A stretch of 64,000 nucleotides of DNA from Geosiphon pyriformis uo1 (taxonomy: Eukaryota > Fungi > Glomeromycota): assembly GCA_016748015.1 (NCBI GenBank), contig JAAOMT010000261.1, forward strand, positions 260,733 to 324,732, read 5' to 3'. Under the pieces are notes generated by a model. That model searched no databases. It was not told where the DNA came from and saw only the letters and a program-made list of their open reading frames with translations. This document shows positions 1 through 13,200 of this stretch, one piece after another. Positions within the stretch are counted from its first letter, which is position 1. Each line of letters begins with the position of its first letter. A program made the position numbers and the translations under genes.

Positions 1-231
1 AACTAAGGCACTTGGTATTAGCTTTGGTTTCCATAGGCCCTGTTGTTTTTTTTTTGGTATAAGTAGTACAATATCTGTTAAGATAGATTTGTAGTGTTGC
101 TTTGATTAATCCAAGTGGCTGGTCATATATGAAAAATACATGATTTGCGCCTAGTTTAGATCACTTAATCTAATATATTGTGCTAGGTAATATTTGGGTC
201 TTACTTATTAAATATTAATAAAATAAAAAAA
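1..231 (+). mobile_element. 3' end of a LINE (ORF2 C-terminus, 3'UTR, A-rich tail)
   Basis: 2-94 translates TKALGISFGFHRPCCFFFGISSTISVKIDL*, matching the ORF2 ends at 51260 (AEAFGIRFGFCKFCLFFSGISDLVSVHIAA*) and 58292. It is followed by the shared AAGTGGCTGGTC 3'UTR motif and an A-rich tail. Confidence 0.9.
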
Positions 232-281
232 TATTGATTTTTTTTTTAATTTGCTATTTATTTATGGTTATTAAAATTATA

Positions 282-1176
282 TTTCAAGTAGATCTAAATG
301 CTGCTGTATTTAAGACTGATATATCAAGGAAGTATTGTATTTGATGGGAAATTCTTAAAAATTGGCACTGTTTTTGGTGTTAAGATTTGGGTTATCTGGC
401 TTTAAATTGTAAGATGTCTCTATTTCTTTCTCCTAAAATCTTTAAAACTTTTATTCCTTGTATTGTTAATGGCAAGTCTTATGTCAATACTACTGCTTTT
501 GTGCCTTTTGTAATCTCTTGTCCTCTTATTGGTTTGGTTTTACCTGCTAATATATTTGCTGATAATTTTGTGGTTTCTTCTTGGTTGTTTTTTCTGGAGT
601 CTAAGTTAACCAAGCTTTCTGATTTGGTTAATTCTATTGTTAAGTCTGTTGGTTTTATGGATAAATTATTTAAATAATTTGTTAATGGAGATTTAGTTTC
701 AAGTAGTGCTTTTGACTTTAGAGTTAATAAAGTTTTAGTGCATATAAGTATCTTTAGCAAAGCTGTTAATAAGCTGGAATAAAAAGTGATTGCTTTGAAA
801 ACTGAGTGTGGCTATAAGAACATTGATATGTTTGGTCTTCATCTAAGTTTGTCTTCTACTAATAATAATATGTTTTCTAACTTAATGTTACTTTGAGAAC
901 ATAAATCTGCTGTTGTAAAGACTGATGCCTTTAAAATAGTTAAATGGCTGGTTGGATTGGTTAATAATAGTACTATATTGTTTAAAATTGTTCAAAGAAT
1001 GTCTTTTTTGGATAGGTTTTTTTTTAAGGCTTCAGCATAATATGCCCTTAATTGGTCCAAGTGACTAGTTACATGTAGAAAGTGCATGATTAATGCCTAG
1101 TTTAGATCACTTAGTTTGATATATTGTATTAGATGGCTTTTGGACTGCACTCATTAAGCAATTAATAAAAAAAAAA
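282..1176 (+). mobile_element. 5'-truncated, degenerate ORF1-only retroelement carrying the LINE-family 3'UTR and poly(A)
   Basis: Decayed zinc knuckle HCFWC*DLGYLALNC and coiled-coil segment LESKLTKLSDLVNSIVK; stop at 1038-1040 is followed directly by a 3'UTR homologous to 100-231 (catgatt..gcctagtttagatcactta) and poly(A). Confidence 0.7.
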
Positions 1177-1533
1177 TTTATAATATTATAGATAGTTTGA
1201 TAAAAAATACATATTATAAGCTAAAATTAACTCAATTAAAATTGAATAATTAACCAAAAAAATAAAAAACACCAAAATAAATCTGCCAGAAAGTGCAAAA
1301 AAATCAAATTCAGAGTATTGAAAGCCATCAGATTAAAAATCTTTAGATCACTCAAAATCTTTAGATAAAACCAATATGTAATAGCACCAAATTATGGAAT
1401 AAGATTTAGTTGATAAACGTCACTCAATTCAAATTGTTTGCCTTCTCGAGTTTTTAATTGTGTTCCTAGGCCCCTAAGGGCTGAATAACTTGACCACATA
1501 CGTGCTTGACTCAAAAAAAAATCGGCTGATACC

Positions 1534-3620
1534 ATGAGGATTGCAACGTGGAACATCAATGGGATTCGATCCCTTATCAAATATCATCCGTAATTGGAGT
1601 GTCATTTGTAATTTTTTCTTTTAAAAATTTATTCAAATCTTTGAGTTTTCATTCTTTCAAATTTTCAAAATAGTTGGTGCGAGCATAAGAATTACCAGGT
1701 AGACGATATATTTCCAATGCTCTAAACTTTTTGCCATGATGCCCTTTCTCACATATTCATAATTAACAGAAAATATTAGAATCACTGGAAGCTGATATAA
1801 TTTGTTTTCAAGAAACCAAGACCACCATTGAGAGACTTGATTCAGATATTGCTCTAATTCCTGGTTATGATGCTTATTTCTCAATGACAAAAAACAATAC
1901 TGCATATTCTGGCGTAGTAACGTACGTGAAAAATGCTACCTTTACTCCCTCAAAGTCAGAAGAAGGTATATCAGGAATTCTCAATACAAAAAATTTCGAT
2001 AAGGATGATCAAATTGGATATTACCCAACCGGATATTCAACCAATGAGTTATTAGAAATTGATTCGGAAGGGCGCACCGTAATTTTGGACTTTGGAGCAT
2101 TTGTACTATTTAATGTTTACTGTCCTCATGAGTCAAATCCCGAACGACTTCCTTTCAAAATGAAATTCTACAAAATTCTAAAAGAAAGGGTTGAGGCTCT
2201 TATAAAAGCCGGGAGGAGAGTGATTGTTGCTGGTGACATAAATGTCACCCATCAAAAAATTGATCATTGCAACCCAGAAAAGTCCGTCAAAGAACAAAAA
2301 TTGATCAGCTTTGAAGACCATCCTGCTAGAAAGTGGTTTGATAGTTTTGTCGCACCAAACGGCCTTATGGTTGATGTATGCAGAAAGGTATAGTAGACCC
2401 ATTTATATACATTAAGCAAACTTGGACTAATTCAATGAATAAATATGTTGGTTGATACATTATAGTTTCATCCAGGAAGAAAAGATATGTTTACATGTAA
2501 GTTGATTATGTATTCTTTTATATTGGAAACTTACTTAATGATATCCCATTGATTTTTAGGCTGGAATCAAGTCATCAACGCAAGGTGTGGTATAATAATT
2601 TAGTCCAATATATTTTTCAATTATTGCTATCGATCGCATAAAAGAACTGTTAATATGTTGTTCGTCTTTTTTAGACCCGTTAACTACGGTAAGATTGCGA
2701 ATTTTTTTATAGATACTGTTTTATAATATTAAGTCCTTACGAAAGAGATTGGCAATTAGGGACGCGTCTAGATTATATTTTGGCTAGTCAAGATCTCGTG
2801 AAATGTTTGAAGAATTGCGATATTTATCCGAATATTATGGGATCCGATCATTGTCCAGTAATTGCAGAGATAGTTGAGGAAATTCGGGAAATGCAACCGT
2901 TGGGGGGCGACCCGACAAAACCACCCCGATTATGCGCAAAATATTTACCTAAATTTTCGGGCAAGCAGCAAACACTAAAGAACTTCTTCCTTAAAACTGG
3001 AACAAAAGAACCTAAAGTGATTGTTCACAAGGAATCTTTTACCACATCTTTATCGAAAGCTAAGCCCCGAACTTTTTCGAATCCCAAAACCGCACTCCCT
3101 TCGGCACAGGCTTCTCTTGATAAATTTTTTAAGCTGTCAACAATTGAAGAAAGCCTCACTTCACAAGAATTTGACCCTAAAGAGGGAGGGCAGGATATCT
3201 CGATAGAGGATTGTTTCTCAAGTCCAATAAAAAGAGGGGAATTTGAAGAGAGTTCTCAGAGACTCGATGTCAAAGATCAATGGAAAGCTCTTTTTACTCC
3301 CCCCCCTGTGCCAAAATGTAAAGTGCACGGAGAGCCGTGCAAATCAAATCGTGTAAATAAGACTGGGCAAAATAATGGGAGAAAATTTTATGTTTGTTCC
3401 AGGTACTTGATAACATATTGCAATAAATTTGATTTCATTAAGAAGTTATTCAAATTAATCTTTTATGGCGATACTTAGACCTATTGGGTCATCACAAAAT
3501 GATCGCTGCGATTTTTTTGAATGGGCAAGTAAAACCTCAGCTTATTCAAAAAGACCCGATAATGAGGAGCAAACTGAAAAAGGAAATAGAGCAGCTAAAA
3601 AGTATAAAACTAAAAAATAA
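1534..3620 (+). CDS. APN2: Class II AP endonuclease Apn2/APE2 (multi-exon)
   Basis: MRIATWNINGIR start; ICFQETK, YSGV, DSEGR, NVYCP, GDINV, RLDYIL and GSDHCP EEP motifs; PIP boxes; C-terminal GRF zinc finger (CKVHGEPC...GRKFYVCSRP...RCDFFEW). Confidence 0.95.
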
Positions 3621-3651
3621 AGAAATTTGCCTAAAAATAGTCCCTTCATTA

Positions 3652-4664
3652 CTAAGTGTTTTTTATCTTGCATAAGAGATGTTCAATATGATTCTTCATT
3701 ACTGGTTGGCCTTTAGATGTGCGTTTAAAAAGCTTCTTTTTTGTTTGTTTTCTTTTCACATAATATGCTAAACGCTTTTCTTTTCGGGCTTCAGATTCTT
3801 TTATTTTGGCCTAAAAACGCAAATATTAACATCTAAGGGAGGTTGTGCTTCTCAAAATATCATACAATGTAGCGAACCTCTTTTTGATTCTGTGCCTCCT
3901 GACGGAGCTGCTCTGTTGCTTCGAAAATCTTATTGAATGGATTTGGCTTCAAGGATTTTCTCGATCTAAGCGAGATAAGGGATGGTATTATCTATAGTCA
4001 AAATAGAAGTGACTTCAAAGGAACAATATATGTACTTTATCTGTTTGGCCTTAAATTAAATGGTAGGAATGAGTTTTTATTTGTTGTGTCAGATTTTTCC
4101 AATATCCTGTCATGAAATTTTTTATTTGCTTGCCTCAGATAATCTTTTTTCATCCAACATTTTATTTTTAAGATTTTTTTCGGCTTCCGTATCCAAATCT
4201 TCTTTCAAATCTTCGTCGATATGATTTTTTTTATTAGGATTGGATGCATCCCCTTTAGATTTTCCCTTTTCCGGTTTCCTTTCATTGGCAGTTGTTTCCC
4301 CGTTAAGGTCTTGAACTTGTGAAACACCCTGTGTGAATATCTACTTTCGCAAAAAGCATCAAGTAACATAAAAAGAGATGGGAATAAAATTGGTCCAAGG
4401 AAGGAGCAAAACTGACCTCTTTGTAAAATTCCGGCGTATTAACGCTTTGTTTCTTGATTTTGGTGTAGTAATTTTTTTTGATTTTTGATTTTTTTATAAT
4501 TTTTTCCTTTTTTACTTTTCTGGCTGGAATTAAAGGCTATACTAAGTTAGAATAGGGTAAAAGTCAAGATATTTTACAAAACAAAACTTGAGACCTTTTT
4601 CGCGATAAGTGAGAAAACCTTCATTATAGGAAATTTTGAGGTTATTTTGTCTAGTAAAGGTCAT
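3652..4664 (-). CDS. rRNA-processing protein Fyv7/CCDC59(TAP26)-like, Lys-rich (multi-exon; missing from the ORF track)
   Basis: Spliced minus-strand frame ends KPNPFNKIFE...KKLFKRTSKGQPVMKNHIEHLLCKIKNT*. The KGQPVM..I..LL.KI signature is typical of this family. Start codon inferred. Confidence 0.8.
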
Positions 4665-4830
4665 TTTCGGATATTTCCAAGCACCAATTTTTTGGTATTA
4701 TACTCAAGTTGCACAACAAAAAGAACCTGTATTTAACTTGAAGATTGGGAGATTGATCATCAATCATGAAAATCTCATTTCACTTTTCGTCTCGTCTAAC
4801 ATTCCTACAATCCCTTCGCGTGTCTAAATC

Positions 4831-7800
4831 ATGACCGCCTATTTCATCAAACGTTTACTCTTGCCCCAATCTGCTCTATTGAATCAGAGCTTACCAATGA
4901 TTGACAGTTTGGCCATTAATGATACTCTCCCTGAAGTTCCTGGAGATACTCGGAGTGACGCGAGTAAGTAACATTCTGTAACCTATTTCCTTTTCAACGC
5001 TTCCTTGTACCTTTTATATTCTGAATGTATGCCTCTGATTTGAACCTACCATTTAATTATGGCGAAAAATAGAAAAGAATGTTCTTTTAACCACTCAACT
5101 TGCCGTCGCTACCTCGATTGGCATTCTGTCATTTCTCTTATTTTGTTTTTTGCGCCCACGTTGGAATACTTTATTTGCTCCCCGAACTAGGCTCAAGGGG
5201 CAAGTTCATTTAATCCTTTTACGAATATAAAAATTTTATTATATTGAATTGAAATTGAAATTTTAAAGATGCGCCCCAGACTGGCTCCCGGATACATTTT
5301 TCGGATGGGTTATTCCTTTAATAAGAGTTCCCGAATCCGAAGTATTAGATCGAGTTGGATTAGATGCTGCAGTGGTATTTTTAATGAATATTAATAAATT
5401 GCTGAACTTTTAAATTGGTCATAATTTTTGATGAAATTGATGAATAAATCTTTAGCTTCTTGGGTTCTTTAAAATGTCATATAAACTTTTTGGATTTTGC
5501 GCTCTTTTTGCCCTTTTTTTCATCACTCCCATCAACATTTACGACCGCCAAAATCGCAACAAAGCCAAAGATCTTTTTGACGATGATCCAGTTACAATGC
5601 CGAATGAACAGAGTTTGGGCATTATCTTTTCATATGTTGTCTTTACTTGGATCTTCTCTCTCGCCACTTTTTATTTTATGTATTATAATTATCGTACCTT
5701 TGTGGAAGTGCGACGAGTTTATTATTTAAAACTCAAGGACACCTTAGTAGCCCGTACTGTAATGGTCAGTGTTATACCAAAGGAACTACAGACAGATCGT
5801 GCCCTCGCAGAATTCTATGAATCTTTGGGGGTTGGAAACGTTGAAAGTGCTGTCGTCTGTCGTCACGTTCGTAAACTGAGACATGCTATCCAAAGGCGTG
5901 CACATTATTTGAACAAGCTAGAAAAAGCCTATGCGGAATGGCTAGGGAATCCTTGCACACATCCTAATTATGATCAGGAGGCAGTTTTGAACGAGCTTGA
6001 AAATACCACCCCCAATGATTTTGGTGACAATGAAACGGGCCCGCTTCTTGAAAATACTCCTTCGACATCAAAGATTGGTTCAGAGCGACCCACAATGCGG
6101 GACGGATTTCTTCATATTTTTGGAAAGAAAATTGATAAAATCGACTATTACACCAAAAGATTTAATTATTATGATAATTTGGTTGAACAAGGTAGACGTG
6201 GTAAATATACGCCTACCTCTGTTGGATTCGTCACATTCGAGAATTTTGCTAGTGCGGTATGATATTTAAAAAGAGACTAATTCTAATCTATGTGAAGTTA
6301 ACATTTTCTCATCTTTCTTGTACTTTTTTTCTCAAGCAAATCGCAGCTCAAACTCTTAATCATTCCGAGCCCTTCCACTGTCAAACTAAACTTGCCCCTG
6401 AACCACGTGATGTGTAAGTTAAAATCTTGAAACTGAAGTTGATCTTGCATATATTCTAATAGGAAACCGATTTAATGATAATATCTGATCAAATAGGTTT
6501 TGGGACAATATCAATTTTCGTGCGCGAGAACTTGTGGTTCGCGATGTAATCGTTAATGGTCTGCTTATCATTCTCGTATTTTTCTGGTCAGGACCCATCT
6601 CCTTCTTTGCATCCTTATTGAATCTTGATACCTTGGCAAAGGTGTTCCCGTGGTTGGCTGATTTAGCTGAAAAGAGTGAAATATTAAAAGCTTTGATCCA
6701 AGGCTCTTTACCCACACTAGCAGTATCAGTGTTTAATGCGTTGCTTCCTGTAATACTGGATTGTAAGTTACATTTGAAACGAACAGGAATGGGAAGATTA
6801 AGTAAATCTTGATACAATTAATTGAAGATTATGTTTCATGATGCATTAGATTTATCAAAAGTACAAGGCCTTCAAGCTCGCAGCTTGATAGAACTCTCTA
6901 CCCTATCAAAGTAAGTACACTCTAATTTGCTATTTTGAGCCTTATGATTACGAGTAGTACTAACTTTTTGCTGTTTCAAGGTTCTTCTTTTTCTTATTAG
7001 TGAATGTTCTTTTGATATTTACCATCGCTGGAACTCTTTTCAAAGCGTTAGAAGAAATAATTACTGAGCCCACGAAAATTGCCAGAATTTTGGCTTCGAC
7101 TTTACCCACAGTAAATTCCATTCTTTCATTTTATATTTGCTTTATCTTACCTGACTAGTTTTTTATATAATTAACTTTAAACATATAGGTTGCTCCTTTT
7201 TTTGTAAATTTTGTGATCCTTGAAGGAATTGGCCTTTACCCTCTTCAATTGCTCCAATTTGGCGATGTCGTTAGTACATTAGTAAAAAGACTTTTTTTTG
7301 CAAAAACACCTCGGGAATACGCTGAAGCCACGACTCCACCTTTTTTGAATTACGGGGTTGCATATCCGAGAGCCATTTTGATTTTCATAATCATCCTTGT
7401 GTATTCAGCCATCAGCCCAAATATTCTGTTTTTTGGTGCGATTTATTTCTTCCTAGGGTATTTTACTTTTAAATACCTTCTGCTATATGGTTTGTATTTC
7501 AACAAAATTAATCATTCACGTTTGCTTTACTTTTTAACTATAAATTAATGACATGACAATTTATTCCAGTTTACTTCCATCCATATGAATCGGCTGGGGA
7601 ATCATGGCCTTTAATATTCCGTCGCGTAATTGTTGGGATTTATATCTTCCAACTAATGATGTTTGGCTTCCTGATCCTACATCAAAATTACGTTCTCGCA
7701 AGCACTGTTTTCCCTTTGCTAATTCTTACATTTGTGTTTGCGGCATATGTCAGCATGGCTTTTAACCGAAGTTCAGCTTTCCTTCCTTTAAAATTAATTC

Positions 7801-8597
7801 GCGATGAGCAGAACAAGTTACCCACCAATACTACAGATACAGCACCATATTCTCAAGCAACGCTTGAACCCCCTAATACTGGAATCGAAAATAAAACTAA
7901 AAATCCAGACGACAAACAAGATTGGAAACAAACGCCAAGTTCAATATATCAGAGGCATAGAGAAATATTGGATGACGATTTATATCACGCCGAACCAGAT
8001 CTTTATACTGATTATACTCAACCACCAATGACTCTATACCCAGGTGTACTGAACACTGGAATGAGACGTTATGGACCTCCGGCATTGATGGGTATACTTC
8101 CATGGGTATGGTTACCTGTGAAGAGGTCTCAAGCCGACATAGATAGTGTTCCGGGATTTTTCCGTGGCCTTTTAGGCATGCATACAAAAGGACCGGATGC
8201 AAAACCTTATACAATTGAAGGAGACGAAACGCCCTCAAATAATAGATCTGTAAACGGATCAAATCGTCAGGCTCCGGTTAGGCTTCACAGAGATAGTCAA
8301 CATATTGCTGATGAAAGGATTCATTCACAAGATGAAACGGCTCAAGAAGATCCGACTAATCCACACAAAACATATTATCATCATCCGGAAAAGCGTCCTA
8401 CCAAACCTATAGCATTCTCCGCTCCAACGGATGTTCCCAGCACTTCATCTACGAGTAACCAAGGTATTTTTGGGAGCCCAGATAACATTGCTTCCACAAA
8501 TCAGCAAGATAGTCATTCGCATGGAGTTGGCGACATTTTGGAAAATTGGGCAGGACAAAATTTTGGAGATGATCCCAAAAAATCTAAGCAAGTCTAA
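4831..8597 (+). CDS. OSCA/TMEM63/Rsn1-family stress-gated cation channel (multi-exon)
   Basis: Motifs LFAPRTRL, RVGLDAAV, ARTVMV, VGFVTFE, APEPRD, KTPREYAE and PPFLNYGVAYP; multiple TM segments; long disordered C-terminal tail. Confidence 0.95.
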
Positions 8598-8892
8598 TGA
8601 TTTCGATGAATTCCCATGCAAGAATACTGATGAAATTTAATCCACTTATTTCTCTTATTTATAAATATCAAACTAAATTTTTGAAATCGATGAAGTAAAC
8701 TATTTATAAACCAAGATCAAATTTTCACATTTGTAAAGTTTTTTTGCTCGAAGCCCTTTAAAAAAAAGTGAATTAATAAATAAAATTTTTTTAAAAAGGT
8801 GAATTTGGTAAAACAATCAGATCTCAAATAAGACAGAGACAAAGAATAACAATGGATAGGAATCCTGCTGGTGTTGAATTCACATCTGAGTT

Positions 8893-9480
8893 TCATGACT
8901 TGGAAGATTTCCCTTCATTACTGCTAGTAACACTACTTACACCTGTCAGTGAGGGGGATGCAGAGGAGGTGCTAAATGTGGAAGTTGTATTTGATGATGA
9001 GGAAGCACCTTTATTTAAAGTTTCTTCCAGTTTAACCCTTTCCCACCCTAATATCAGGAAGTGGTATAATTGGCATTTTAATCAACATATAAGACATGCC
9101 TTTCTTAGAAAGAAGACAACTTACACTCCAACTTCTCGGTTGGTCTAGTTCTTGCCAACTCTTGGGAGCGCCTACGTGCATTGATATCCTTCTTTGCTAA
9201 ATAATATGCCGTTCCGCCGGCTAATTTCCCGGAAAAAAATTAAAGTTGCAGTTTCTCTGGAGTGGTATTTGATGAATCCTCTCGCCCATCGACTCATGAT
9301 TCTAATTTTTTATTATTTTAAATCAAATATAATTTCTGAAATATACCGGCAAGAAGAGCGATCCTTTGGGAGTAATTGAAATATTCAATATTTTTTTTGG
9401 TTAAAAATAATTGATTATAAAAACAATTTCAAAAGATATCCTTACTACCAGCCAATAGCCATAGAACTTGGGTTATTCAT
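8893..9480 (-). CDS. Small single-TM protein, DUF4748-like (4 exons including a 17-nt microexon)
   Basis: Spliced product MNNPSSMAIGWIALLAAGGTAYYLAKKDINARRRSQELARTRPTEKLEWWERVKLEE...KSSKS* resembles the fungal DUF4748 N-terminus. Confidence 0.75.
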
Positions 9481-10227
9481 TTTTTTGAGGGGTAAAAGCT
9501 TTATGTGATTCAATCCAAGTAAATATCAATCTCTAGGTGTCCTGTGATGAAAAAGTAAAAATTGGATTTATTGTAACAGAAGAATGGTAATTTACAACAG
9601 ACTTTGAGTTTTTATACAGAGTCGTCTCATTTAAATTGAGATAACATGACACATAATATAATTATATATTTTTCTTAGATTTCAAATTCTAGTTTTGAAA
9701 TATTTAATATTACTGACTTAATATTTTTTCCAGGGCAATAAATGAAATTATTTTCATTTAAAAAATCCAGAGTTTAGGAAAAATCCTCATCTTTAAGCAC
9801 AACACACAAAAAATCCTGCAAACTATTGTGAATTAAGTTTGTTAACTAAAATATTTTAATTTATTAAAAATAAGTCCATAATTATTTATTAGCAATTTTT
9901 AAGAAAAACATTAATTAATAAACATTTAAAATTTTAATAATAAATTATATTTTTAATTATTTTAATTTTAATTTTTTATCAATATGATTTAGACATGTTA
10001 ATTTGTCGCAACATGTAATTTTAAATCGAAGATTCTTAAAAAACCGAATTTAGTTATTGATTCATTATGAAGAAAAAGCTTAAATATTAAATTCAAAGCT
10101 CCCAAGATAAGTTGAATGGCTTAAAATATGGTGCCAAGTTTCAACGTCTTCATTTTATAGCGAATTTTACCCTCAATGAGTTAATGATATATCAATTTTC
10201 TTTCTAAATAAGCCAAGTTCTGAGTGT

Positions 10228-13200
10228 TTAAATCAATCGCATAACTTCCCCTATTAAATAAAAGGTTGGTATTGAGGGATGATTCAATAAATTCTTTAAT
10301 CTGCTATTATAGTATCAACGCACCTTTGATGTTTGCAATTCTTGGCTCTTTAACCTTCCCTGCCGCAACCGTTACAGCATTTTTCACGTCAAATACTGCC
10401 GCAGCCTCTTTGGCAGCTCCATTCATCGTTATCTATGTGAATGATGCACAAATAATTGTCAAACAAATGAGGTGATATTTGGTTCAAAGAGGGTTGATCT
10501 AAAAAATAAAGTAATACAGACCAATGTCCCCACGGTTACAATTGCCCTAAACACAACTTCCGGGTCTGTTTCGGATTCAAGCAGCTTTATTATTAATACA
10601 TCAAATCATACAAAAAGAATAAATATTAGTAACTCATAAGAGTATACTTGGGTAACTTTGACTTTCTAAAAAAGTGCTCAAGAAAATTACCTCTACAATA
10701 TTCGCCATTAACAGCAAAATGATTTCTTCATCAGGATTTTCACGGTATAAAACGGAGTAACTATATAGGGGCCAATTTTCAATAATTTGTAAATGTATTG
10801 AATAAATGAAGGAGTAATCAATTAAAATTTTTCCAGTAAATACTTGAGTAACACGGTTATCAGAGCGATACGGGTATTCTTGTTCGTTGATTTGCTCCAA
10901 GTCGAAGATATCAACTCTAATATCTGGAAGAAATATTTACAAAATACCCAATTGTATAATGATTTGAAAAAGTATAAAAATTTTGAACGCTTGCTCACTG
11001 CTGAAGCCGCCTCTCTCAGAAGCCCTGAGCCTTCTCTGGTTTCGAACAAGTTTGCGAATGCCCTCAAAGCCAACATTAAGTTAGTCTCTTGCACTTTGCT
11101 AGGTAAACCATCTGTTGGCCAGTTTGTCAGTTGAGCAGCGTCAACGATAAGATTAATAATTGACCCATTTTTGCCTTTGAAAAGAGAGGCGGTGGGCGAA
11201 TATAGTATTATCAATCGTAATAAATCGAGTCCTATTGAAGTGGAGGTCATGAGATTTCTTGGCGATCTGTAAAGAGAAAATCCTGTTCAAAAAAAAGCAA
11301 GAATACCTGGGAATCGGTAGCCAGCTGGCCATTTGGTGAGAATTTTATGTATCAGGGTAATTTCTTTGTGACTTGCCTCAGACACATCTGAACCAGTAGA
11401 TGGCTTCTGTAATAAATTGATGAATTTTTCTAAAGCGGTTATTTCCATGTTCGTTAATGTTTCATCACTTGATTCAGTTGTTCTTAGCTCTTCGTTTAAT
11501 TGAGAAATTTTTTTGAATATAGCCGGAAGGTTGGCTTGTTGGAATGTAATGTAGGTTTTCTAATAAAATAATTGATGAAAAATAGCTCAGATTATAATGA
11601 ACTTGAGAAGTGAACATAAGATTGAACTCACTTGTGGTAGAATAGAGGTAGTAGGTTTAGAGGAGATAGTTGAAGATGTAGATGTGCCTGGTCGAGTCCA
11701 TGGATCTACTGCCCTTACAAGATCAGACTGATAAGAGGGTTGAAAAAACATAAGCCTCAAATATTGAAAATCGAGTAATTCATGCAATGTTTCTGGATAT
11801 ACTCCTTCACACTCACTTGGACAGCCGAGTTATTAATATTATTGCCAGGATTATATCTTGAAGCACCTTAAGAGCGTAAAATATTCATTAAACTTTATTT
11901 TCCTGATATGGATATAGGCTATAAACCGGGTCTCCTTACCTGTGTATGGATCAGCATATTGTGACGAGCCGGAGTCAAGATTAATGCCTTTGGCATTTTT
12001 GTTGATAAATTCTGCTATTTGATCCAAATAACTTTGAGGCAATTCATTAGTCCATATGAATTCTTGAGCTGCCTGGTAGGGGTTATCTTTAGATTGGTGG
12101 CAAGAAAAAGAGTAGAGCTGTATAAATTTTCTTTTGATATTTTGATATGAAATTGTCTTCAATGTTCGTCATACCGGTTGCATTATACGGTAATTTTAGT
12201 GGAGGAACACCTTCACCGATATCTACATCAAAGACATAATCATACTCTTTTCCATTGAATAATTGCTTCCTGCTTTGACCAACAGCATCCACGACTTCTC
12301 CAACCTTAGTCCAAGCCTGATTAGCAGAACTCCACTAAAAAATCAATAATGAATGTGAATGAATAATGATGAAATTATTCAAAAACATGAGATCGCGTTT
12401 CTCGATATACCTGGTGTGCTTCGACTATATTACCAGATTTTATCATCAAAACCTGGCCTTCTTTATTTCCTATTTCAATATAAAAGAAAAGATTTAAGTT
12501 ATCAAAAAAAAAACTAAAATAAAATTCTATTACGGTAATATATTAAAAACCTGATTGTAAAAGAGCCTCAGGCCCAGGTAATTTATCTTTTTGGACATCC
12601 CCTATTTGATTTCTGGAATTATGTCAAGATGAAACTTGTATGAGTTAAAATGAAAATAAAAATGAAAAAAAAAACGAGGAATCCAATCTATTAAGACTCA
12701 CGCTGGTATTGCGTGATTTGCCAGGTTATCTTCGAATTCCTATACACGCAAAAACGTGTTATGATAAGAAAATCGAGACTGATCCGTACTTGAGCATAAC
12801 GATCAGATGGACAACCTCCTTGAAATAAATAAAATTACAAACCTTTTGAGTACTTTCGTCGGCAATTCTTTCTTGTGCTCGGCTAAATATACGAATCTGG
12901 AAGTCACTGGCGCCACTTACAATATCACCATTTGGCAGCCCGGATACACACCAAACAGATGTAGCCGGATGGAGAATGGTTTGAGTACAGATGCCATCTT
13001 TGATGCAAACGAACGACAAGAATGTGATGAAATTTTTATTTTCAGAAAAAGCAAAAAAAGCAATTAGACGAGCATATAGACCTTTCCAAACTTTAACAGA
13101 TCGATCTTCTCCTGAGGAGACGATTTCTCCAGTTGATAGTACAAAAACTGAATATACAAATGAGGTGTGACCGTTCAATTCTTGAATGCATTGTCCGGAG

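Noticed and set aside
8852-9148. 98-aa plus-strand ORF
   Set aside because: It is the antisense shadow of the DUF4748-like gene's last exons.
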